A DNA stretch of 64,000 nt, taken from Piromyces finnis finn (Eukaryota; Fungi; Neocallimastigomycota). The stretch lies in the NCBI GenBank assembly GCA_002104945.1, contig MCFH01000049.1:186001-250000 (forward strand). Reading direction: 5' to 3'. The stretch's first letter is position 1. Each line of letters starts with the position of its first letter. A program made the position numbers and the translations under genes. The notes under the pieces were generated by a model. That model was given only the letters and a program-made list of their open reading frames with translations. It had not been told where the DNA came from and did not search any database. This document shows positions 1 to 10,800 of the stretch, piece after piece.

Positions 1-1592
1 GTAGTGGTTCATACACTAGTCCTGCTGATTGTACTACAGGTGTTATTGATAATTATTGTACAAAAGGAGAATATATTTTTGGTGTTGTAAGTGGTGAAAC
101 TTCATGTGTTGATGTTATTAAAAATGAAGTTGCTGTATTTGAAGGAAACAGTAAATTAGATTTATCTACAGGTGAAATCGCAAATGTAAGTGATGTCAAA
201 GTTTTTGATTGTGATAAAGCAGGTAAATGTACTGAAACATTTGGATATATCAAAGTTGATACAGATTACTATGAAGTACCAAACGGTGGAAGTGTCGCTA
301 AATTAGAATCAAGTGATATGACCACTAAATCTAGTGGTAAATTGTATACTGGTGGTTTACTTTATGTAGATGAAGTAGATGTTCACGCCATTGATATTAA
401 TACTGGAGATGGAAACTATTATGTTCTTAAGAATTCTGATAGTGTATTCAGTGGTTCTGTTGGTGATGTTGTTGTAAAATCTGGAACTAATGCTTTAACT
501 TTTGTATCTTTAACCTCAACTTCAAGTTATCTTGTAAAAGATAATGCAGGAGAAATTGCATCAACTGCTGGTGATACTATTGTTATTAAAGGTAGTGATT
601 ATTCCATTGATACAAGTATTAATGGAAATGACTATTGTGTTGATGATAAAATGCAAGTTTGGGAAAGAAAAGATGGTTTATGTAAATCATATATTGTAGA
701 TAGCGAAGATTGTTCATTTTATTACGGATGTGGATCTGGAGAAAATTGTGTAAAATCGGACAATAATATGGATCCAAGAGCACAACAACAAGTAGATTGT
801 ATTCCAAATGCTGAAAATAGTAATGATTGTAATGGCTATTACCTTACTAACAGTGAAAATAATGCTTTAATAAAATCCACAGGAGATGGTACTTATAATT
901 TATGGAATTGTAGTACTGGCAGATGTGACGATGAAACTAATTCCCATCCAATAGGTTATTTGAAAAATGCAGGTACTCCCAGTGATTACCCATACATTGA
1001 ATGTAATTTAGAAAAATGTATAATTGCCACTATTGCCGAAAGTAATACTGGTTGTGTTGATTCAGGCCCAACAACTGGACAAGTCACCTATGGAGGTTTA
1101 TATAAAAGTAATAGTAATTACAAACTTTGCAAAGTTTACCAAACCGCTACTCCTTCTAATAATGAAATTATTACCAGTGAAGATGGTGTAGGAAAATACT
1201 TTATTGATATTGGTACTAAGAGCATATTAGGATTACCTGTTAAGAATGATCATTTCATTGCCATTGATATTGATGGGGAAAATGGAAATATAAAGATTGT
1301 CAACGGTTAGTAAAAAAAATGGAAAAGTAAAATAAATATAATATTTCAAATAAATTATAATATATAATTTATTTTTTACAATTTTAAAAAATAATATATA
1401 GATAATGTCAGATATAGATATACTCTTAATGGTGAATATTTAATTCATGAAAGAAGTACTGCAAAGGGTGAAACTAGTGGTGGTCAAATATGTGAAAGTG
1501 GAGTAACTCCATTTGAATATATTTTAAATCAATGGGATACTATTGAAGCAGGAGGCAATGAAGTAAATGCCAACTACTATATTCAAGAATAA
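1..1592 (+). CDS. 3' part of a large Cys-rich repetitive extracellular protein, fungal scaffoldin-like; 5'-truncated by the window
   Basis: Frame is open from base 3 (SGSYTSPADCTTG...VFDCDKAGKCTETFGYIK) through ORF 318..1310. Donor GTTAG at 1306 and acceptor TAG at 1401; the last exon 1402-1592 reads in frame (DNVRYRYTLNGEYLIHER...YYIQE*). Repeated C-x3-5-C...GY(L/I)xN motifs (LWNCSTGRC...PIGYLKNAG...YIEC) resemble, from memory, Neocallimastigomycota scaffoldin repeats. Family call not confirmed by HMM. Confidence 0.6.
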
Positions 1593-1939
1593 TAAGAAAA
1601 TTAAATTAATATTAATGTACGAATAGTAAAATATAATTCATTTAATATTATTTCGTATTTATTAAATTCTACGATAACTATTGTATAAAAAAATGAATTA
1701 GAAATTATATAGTAAAGAATTAAGTATATTAATATTTAAGTTTTTTTTAATAATTTTATTGTAAGTATTTTATTAAAAAAAATAAAAGTTATTTACATAA
1801 ATGTAATTTTAATTTTCTTTTTGATTATTTGTATCATTCAAATTGAAATAAAGATGAATTTTATTAATTGAAAAAATTAAAATATTCATTTATAAAGCTG
1901 AATTAATAAAAGATGTTGAATAATAGAATAGATAGTAAA

Positions 1940-4900
1940 TTAATAGAATAATTGATGAAATAGTAATAATAAATTAAAATTATTTTTATTTATATCTGCA
2001 TTATATTCAATTAAAAGTTCTACAATTTTTTCATTTCCATTTTTACATGCCTCAATTAATGGTGTATTGCCATCCTTATTTCCTTCATCAACAACTTTAG
2101 GATCTGCAGATAATATATTTTTAACTTCGCTTCTGTTCCCATTCATACAAGCTTTGATTAATTTGGTATCTCCATATCTGTTTTTCTTATTTATATCGGC
2201 GCCATGTCGAATTAAAAATTGAATCAAATCTGTATTTCCTTTTTTACATATAATACTTAGTGGTGTTTCACCATATTCATCTTCTTTATTAATTTCATCA
2301 TATCCGTTTTTTATTATCGATTTTGGCTTTATTTACAATTTCTTCAACTAAATATTTAATGATATTTTCACTACTCTTATAGCATGCAAAAATTAAAGTT
2401 GTATTTCCAAAATTGTTTTCTTTATTAATGTCAGCTCCTTTTTTAATTAAAAGTTTAATAATGTAAATATCTCTTTTTCGACAAGCAAAAATTAATGGCG
2501 TATTACCACTTTTATTTTCTTTATTGATGTCAGCATCATGATTAACTAATAACTCTATGATTTTTGAATTTCCATTTCTACATGCTTCAATTAATGGCGA
2601 ATTTCCATCTTTATTTTCTTTATTTATTTCTGCCATACTAATTATATTTTTAATGATATTTATATTTCCTTTTTCTGCATGCTTCAATTAACGGGGTATC
2701 ACCTTTTCTATTCTCCTTATTAATATCAGCCTCATTTTTAATTAGATATTCCATAATATTTTCATATTCATTTCTACATGCTATTATAAGTGGGGTGTCA
2801 CCATCATCGTTTTCTCTGTTAATTTTTTCATAATCTTTTTCAACAAGCAATTTTACTATATTAATATTACCACTTCTACAGGCTTCAATTAATGATGTAT
2901 TTCCATTTTTATTTTTTACGTTTATCTTTACATTATGCCTAATTAAACATTTTATAATATTTTTCATTTCCTTTTCTACACGCTTCGATTAACGGGCTAT
3001 CTTGATCTTTATTTTCTGCATTGACATCAGCACCTTTTCAATTAAATAATTGACCACTGCTTCATTTCCTTTTTTACAGGCTTCAATTAACGGTGTATTT
3101 TCATTTTTATTCCTTATATCAATAGTGGCATCATAATCCACTAAACAAGCTACAACTTTTTCATTTCCAATTCTGCATGCATCGATTAATAAATAATTAC
3201 ATTTTTAGTTTTTCCATTTAAATCAATTTTGTTGTTAACAAAACATTTAATAATACTTTCATAATCACAAGTTTTATCTTTACATGCATTGATAATGATT
3301 TGATTGGCATCACAATTATTAATAATAAAATTTAATTTTTTTTTCATTCTTTGTAATTAGGTTCGCTCCACATTCCACTAAATATCTAGTAATTTCAACA
3401 TTCTTTGATTGGCATGCAATAAATAATGGCGATTCATTATTCTCACCATTATTATTAATAGTCGTTTTATTTTCAATTAAAATTTCAACTAGTTTCATAT
3501 TATTTTCCCTACAAGCTATAGTTAATGCCAAATTGCCATTGTTACTTTTTTCATTAACATCTACATTCAATTTTATTTACATTTCTAGAATATTGATATT
3601 GCCACTTTTACAAGCTTCAATTAATGGAGTATCACCGTTGCTATTTTTTTTATTTATATCTGCACCTTTTTCAATTAAATAGGATACAATTTCTTCATTT
3701 CCATTTTTACAAGCTATATTTAATGGGGTATTATCATTATACAGTTTATTTATTTCAAATTTAAATTGTTCAACTGAACATTTTACTAAATCCATATTTC
3801 CTTCTTTACATCCCCTTATGAAAGGATGCTTTATATTTTTTTTATTTTTACTAATATTATATTCTTCAATCAGTTTTTTATTCTTTTCCATATTTTTCTC
3901 CTTTTCATTTGATTTACATTGATTTTCTTCAGCCATCATTAAGAAATTTATAATTTCTTTATTACAGCTTTTTCTTGCTTTGGTCAATGGGGTATTACCA
4001 TCATTATTTTTTTTATTTATGTCGGCACCATTTTCAACTAAACATTTTATTATTTTTAAATTTTCATTTCTACATGCTATAATTAATAGGGAATTTCCTT
4101 CGTCATCAAACTCATTGACTTTTGCACCTTTTTCTCTTAAAAATTTTACAATTTTTTCGTTATCCTTTTCGCATGCTATAATCAATGGAGATTTACCAAT
4201 TTTGTTTTTTCTATTTATGTAAGCACCCTTATCTATTAAAAATTTTATAATTTCTATGTTTTCACTTTTACACGCTTCAATTAATGAGGTATTGCCCTTA
4301 CTATTTTCTTTATTTATTCTGGCCTCATTTTCTACTAAATATTTTATTATCTCAAAATTTTTCTTTTTACATGCCACAATTAACGGAGAATTTCCTTTAT
4401 TGTTAGATTCATTTATATTGGCACCTTCCTCTTTTAAGAGTTTTACAACTTCTTCATTTTCATTTTCGCATGCGATAATTAATGGAGTATCTCCATGTTC
4501 ATTTTTTTCATCAATATTAGCAATAGTATCAATTAAACGTTTTAAACATTCCATAATACCTGTATTTCCTTTCTTACTATATTTACATAAATTCATTAAA
4601 AGTTTATTTCTATTACAATGATCTATTAAAAATGAGATTATTCCTTTATTACTTTTATCTATATCTATATTGGCTTCTTTTTCAACTAAATATTCAACCA
4701 TTTGAGAATTATTATTATAAAAGGCTTTATAAAGAGGTGTCAAACCATCATTTTCATCTTCAGCATTAACATCAGCCTTATTTTCAACTAAATATTTTAC
4801 TATATTATAATTATCTCCTTCACATGCAATAATTAATGGTGTTTTTCCATGTTTTCCTTTTTTGTTGACATTAGCTTTTAATTCAATTAAACATTTTACC

Positions 4901-5207
4901 ATATTTTCTTTATTGTTTTCTTTTTCGTCGTCTAAACAAGCTTGGCATAAAGGTGTATTTCCCTTATAATTAATTTTATTTATATCAGCACCATGTTTTA
5001 CTAATAATCTAATTATTTTTTCACTATTATTTTCATATACAATATCCAATGCTGTTCTATGTTCAGTATTTTGATAATTGACATTTGCTCCTTCTTCAAT
5101 TAACTTTTTAATTTTATCTACATTTTCTTACATGCATCAATTAGATCAGTATTTCCATTATCTTTTACTCTATTTATATCTTTGTTTATATTTTCTTCTT
5201 TACTCAT
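1940..5207 (-). pseudogene. Multi-ankyrin-repeat gene broken by a nonsense codon and several frameshifts
   Basis: Ankyrin motifs (G.TPL..AC..GN..IV..L...GADIN) run from ATG 5207 (MSKEENINK) to about 1940 across ORFs 3577..5049, 3319..3570, 2650..2967, 2298..2687 and 1940..2227. An in-frame TAA at 3577-3579 interrupts ILEM*IKLNVDVNEK. Frameshifts lie near 5130, 3330, 3215, 2965, 2670, 2300 and 2250; the last looks like a 2-nt loss outside a homopolymer. Confidence 0.75.
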
Positions 5208-5267
5208 TATTTTACCACGAGAAATAATTAGTGTTGTTATTGCTATTAAGTATTACTTTTTATTTTA

Positions 5268-5376
<109 letters not shown>

Positions 5377-6470
5377 TATTATTGCTTATTCAAGTAAATA
5401 AAAAATGGGTTAAAAATGAATGATAAATAAATATATGGTTACACAATTTAATTTATTATTATCGAATTTTATTGGTTATACCATGAAACAATAATTAAAA
5501 AAATGTTTGTTTTTTTAATTATTAGTAATGTTATATAGTATAATAGATTTTTTAAATTTAATGATAGATTTATGAATTTAAAAATTTTAATTAAAATTAA
5601 AGAAAAAATAAAAAAAAAAAATTGTAAATATGAATTAGTTTTTATACACTTTACACATACCATAGTATTTATATGTTACTCTGTTATTTTACTTTATTTT
5701 TATTTCATTATTTTCTTTTTTTTTTTTTTTTTTGTCCAAAAAAATATAACATTATTTAGATATTAATGTTGTTCAGCACATTTACAATGATTACTCTTAT
5801 ACTATATTTAGATGTATTTAGATATATTTTATATATCATTTCCTTTATTCAATATTAATATCATCTATATCATCTATATTAATATCAATCACTTCTAAAG
5901 TAGAAATCCATCAATTATCATGATTGTTATGTGTTATTTTATTTATTTTGTTTTTTTTTTAAAAAAAAAAAGAATGCAAAATAACTGTATTTATTATCTT
6001 GTATATTTATTATATTATATAAATATAAATGTATAAATTTATAATTTTACATATTTTAATATTATCATTATATTGTTAAGGATTGAATGTTGAGCATATT
6101 ATTAAACACTGTTTGATATTATTTTTTTAATATAAATTGGAAGTATTGCTTGATTAGCTAAAATTAATGAAAATAAAATAACATAATAGTTCTCTGATTT
6201 GTAGAAAGTAGAACAAATTAAGCATATAAAGTTAAATATAAATAATATTAAATATGCAATTTTAATTCCTTTATCAGCAACCATTTTATTATTATTTATT
6301 ATTTATTATTTATTATTTATTATTTGTTTATTATAATTAAAAAGAAATTTAATCAGTTTAAAAATATAAAATAATTTTTTATATCTTATTTATAAATAAA
6401 ATAAGAGAGGTTTTCTTTGGTTTATTTCCAAATAAGAATATGAATTGTTTAGTTAATTAATACTATAAAG

Positions 6471-6896
6471 TAGGTCAACTAATGGAATGAAATTATTGGA
6501 TAAATTAATTGATTACCACCAAATTTGCAATTTACATTACAATTCAAATAGAAATGATAATCAAATCGCTGATTGGATGGGTAATGCTACTATTAATTAT
6601 GTTGTTAATAAAGATATAAGCGATGCAAGTATACTGGATATTGAAGACAGAAAAGAACTAACTTCAAAATATTTAAATTTAATACATGAAAATTTTGAAA
6701 ATATAGAGATAATGAGTTAGAAATTAGAGGATGTCTTTGATATAAAAGAGGACTTTGTATTGCATACGCTGGAGCTGGAATTGGATGTCCAGTATTAGTA
6801 GGTGATGCAATACTATGTATTCCATGTGGTGTTGCTGGAGCTACATGTATTGTGATAATATATGGAAGTGATTTATATGCACGATCTGACTGCTAA
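6471..6896 (+). pseudogene. Possible decayed precursor of a Cys/Gly-rich hydrophobic peptide
   Basis: ORF 6487..6720 extends to a possible acceptor at 6470. A frame shift near 6700 continues as KYRDNELEIRGCL*YKRGLCIAYAGAGIGCPVLVGDAILCIPCGVAGATCIVIIYGSDLYARSDC* (TGA 6738-6740, TAA 6894-6896). GC content is clearly above the local background. Confidence 0.35.
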
Positions 6897-7577
6897 TTAG
6901 ATTAATAATTGTTATATAATTTTTATAATTTTTATAAAAAATAAAAAGATAAAAATTAAAATAAACATATAGTATATAGATTAATTTCATTTTTTTTTTA
7001 AAAAAAAAAAGGATAAAATCTCTAATACATTCATTCATACATACAATCATCACATATAATTATATGCCTAGTTTATCTTTTAAATTGATAATTGAATAGA
7101 ACTTTATTTAAATAGCAATGAAAAATTTATTTAGATTTTACATTGTATTCATTATATTGGTATTTATTTTTAAATTCACTATATTATCATGGTTTTATAC
7201 TCTATATATTTATGTATTTTTATGTAATGTCATTCATATAATATATAATAGATATTGATAAATCTATAACTATTTAATAGTTTAATAAGCAAAAAAAAAA
7301 AAAAAAAGAAAAAGAAAAACTATTGATGCATAAAGTATTAATTATTAATTATTTTAATTATTCTATTTTATTATAAATTCCAGTTTCGTCTCCAAAGGAA
7401 TTATGAAAATTTTTCCCAAAAACTATGGAAAGGGAGATTTTTTGGTTACACAATTCATTGACACAATCAAACTCCTTAAATTTAAAATTTTTTAATTAAA
7501 AATTCTCTTTCATTTAAATTAATAATTAAAAGGAAAATTTTTCCGCTACTCCAACCAACCCATTAAAAAAAGTAAAA

Positions 7578-7836
7578 ATACTACTACTACTACTAATACT
7601 ACTACTACTACTAATACTACTACTACTACTAATACTACTACTACTACTAATACTAATACTAATACTAATACTAATACTAATACTAATACTAGTACTAATA
7701 CTAATACTAATACTAATACTAATACTAATACTAATACTAATACTAATACTAATACTAATACTAATACTAATACTAATACTAATACTAATACTAATACTAA
7801 TACTAATACTAATACTAATACTAGTATTAATACTAA

Positions 7837-7840
<4 letters not shown>
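7578..7840. repeat. (TAC)n/(TAATAC)n microsatellite, 3' flank of the LINE
   Basis: Long TAATAC array abutting the poly-T at 7841-7870. Confidence 0.95.
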
Positions 7841-7873
<33 letters not shown>

Positions 7874-10800
7874 GGCATCAAATATTTTAAACTTTATTAT
7901 TAATTTAATTAAAATTATAATACATGAAATATAAAAATTAAAATAAAATAAAAATAAAAAAAATATGTTTAAATAAACACAAATGAATAAAAATTGGGTA
8001 TAATGTATTCTAGTAATTTTAATTAAAGTAAGAAAGCCACTATCATACTAAAGTATAATAATTGTATTTGACTTCCAATGGGACACCGAGCCAAAGATCA
8101 AAATTTTATCATGGGACAAAATTATGATCTCCATTGGTTGCGCTGGCCCTCCTGGCCTGTCTTACTGTTTCTTCAGCATTGACGCTCTTGGATGTTGCTT
8201 CAAACCTTTTGAACATTGACCATTGCTGGCCAATAGCAAAAGGCATGATTTTGGTTAGAAGTTCCGCGGTTACCGTCAAGAATGGTGTTCCTTCATTAGT
8301 ACCAGATTGAATCTGACGCTTACAAAGTTCTTTCCATTCCCTTGAATTGTAATTGATATTGTTAAAACTTCTTCCCCCAAGAAGGAATTTAAATATTTTA
8401 CTGCACACACTAGAATAATCATACACATTAATATTCACCGGATTATTAGAACTATTACTATCATTAACTAAATTACTATCTAAATTAGAATTATTATCTT
8501 CACTATTGCTATCATTACTAATATTATTATTTCTATTACTACTATTGTTATTATTACTATTGTTACTATTACTATTGTTATTATTACTATTGTTACTATT
8601 ACTATTAATATTATTACTATCTCTACTGATATTATCAATTTCATTATTATTGATAGGACTATTGGAATTACGTTGACTGAAAAAATTTAATAGCTGGACT
8701 ATGGAATCATAATGTTTAATACGGATATCTCTAAATGTTGGACAATCTAATAACCAATGTTTAATACTTTGATCTCCACACTTGCAACATGGACAGTAGT
8801 TAGGACAAACTGGATCAACAAATTTGGCAGCTTTGGCAACTCTAGCATCCAACTTGTATCCGCTTCTTGCTTTCAATAGCCAGTAGAAGCCATAGGCAAA
8901 CTCTGGGTACTCATAACATAATTTAATAAAATCTTTAGTATCAATAAACTTATTATCATCATAATATTGCGCTTTGATTGAATTCCCTTTGAGATCTTTC
9001 CAATAAAAGTTTTTAACTGCTTTAACATCTCCATGTTTCTTTAGTTTTTTATCAAGTGTCCTACTTGATTTGCACCACGTGTATTTTCTAAATTTAGGAA
9101 TGTAATTGACAAGGTATGAGATAATACAATTTGAGTTTTTCCATTTGTTAAAACATCTAACCTGAGCTAATGCACATTTGGCTGACAATGGAGGAATATT
9201 CAAATCTTTTGAAATAGAGTATAAAGATATAAACGATACAGCTTTATGAACTCCGGCAACCCATCGTATTCCTTTGTTAACATGCTTCTGTGCAATTCTA
9301 GACCTGGCTTTGTTGGATCCAAGTAATGGTGCAAAGTATGAAACTCTGCTAATCACTTGTGAGTTAAGTACTAGCTTTTTGAAGGGAATAGGAATATTAG
9401 GATTTCTTAAGAATTTACTGACTGAAAAAAGCCCTTTCAAAACCTTGTTATTAAGAGCTTTAATAACTGGTTTAAGGGACAGATTCTTATCAAATGGAAC
9501 ACCAAGATAAGTATAACAATCAGTAGTTGGAATGGGTTGTCCTGCTAAGTAAAATGTTGGATCTCTCTTGTTCTGATTTTCTATTGATTCAGGACGAATC
9601 ACCATCGTTGAACACTTCTGGATACCAAATTCCATTTCATTATACAAGGCCCATTCATTAACTCTTCTAAGCATCTTTTTTAAGCATCCTCTTGTTGGAG
9701 CACAAATAACTATATCATCTGCAAAAAGTCCACCACAGCATCGAGTGTCACCTAAACTGACTCCGAGATCTTCACACTCTTTAAATATATCATTAATAAA
9801 GAGATTAAAGAGAATAGGAGAAAGAGGGCATCCTTGACGGACTCCTTTCTTCACATCAAAAGATTTCGAGAATTGTCCATCTAATTTGACATTAGCCTTA
9901 GATGTTAAATATAAATTTTTGATGAATTGTAAACTCTTACCTCGGATTCCTAAACAATCTAATTTATGGAGAATATTACCGATTGGGACTGAATCGTATG
10001 CTTTCCTGAGATCTAAAAAGGCCAAATATGTCTCTTTATTATCTAATTGACGTCTACGGCATATTTCTTGGATTGAAATGAAAAGACTGATACTTTCTTC
10101 CTTTTTTCGAAAACCAAATTGTTCAGGTCTAATGAAATTATTCTTTAGACCATATTCTGAGATTCTAGTGGTGACAATTTTGGAAATCAACTTAATACCA
10201 TTATTGATAAGTGATATACCTCGATAGTTATCACAATCTGTCAAATCTCCCTTCTTAGGAATAGAAACAATACTGGATTCATTCCATGAGTTGGGGAAGT
10301 CTCCATCCCAAATACGGTTGAATAATTTAAGAATAAAATTTAAACCATAAGCATCATTATCTGAAGTGGTATTACCGGAAGAATTATTATCTGTAGCATT
10401 ATTAGAATCATTACTTGATGGAACTAATGCTTTGTAAAATTCAATTGGAATACCATCCGGACCTGATGCTTTATAATTCGGAGTAGAGAGGATAGCTGAC
10501 TTGACTTCATCAATACTAATATCTTGGTTGATATCCCATTCATCAAGCATAGGGAGTGAAAAACGTTTATTCGTTGGTTCTTCATACCAATGCTCCAAAT
10601 CAAGACTTACACCACTTGGATCTGATGCAAGCTTTTCGAAATGATCATGCCACACATCTAGTTGTTCTTCTGTAGCAACAACTAATTCTCCATTTTTGTT
10701 TTTAATTGGTTGAGCAATAAAGAAAGAATCTTTTCCAATTTTTGCAGTTTTCTTGATCCATTTCCAGGCCTTCTTAGGATTATGACTCTTCATATACTTA

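Noticed and set aside
53-807. Minus-strand ORFs 53..253 and 619..807
   Set aside because: Antisense shadows of the scaffoldin-like CDS.
3980-4621. Plus-strand ORFs 3980..4222 and 4256..4621
   Set aside because: Antisense to ankyrin repeats.
6102-6284. 60-aa hydrophobic ORF (MVADKGIK...)
   Set aside because: No recognisable motif; such ORFs arise by chance at this AT content. Not excluded as an exon of an unseen gene.
7578-7840. (TTAGTA)n as a true telomere
   Set aside because: Interstitial, mixed with TAG units, and genes continue on both sides.
7546-7881. Poly-(Val-Leu) ORF, and poly-(Ile-Ser) ORF 13320..13544
   Set aside because: Read-through of the TAATAC microsatellites.
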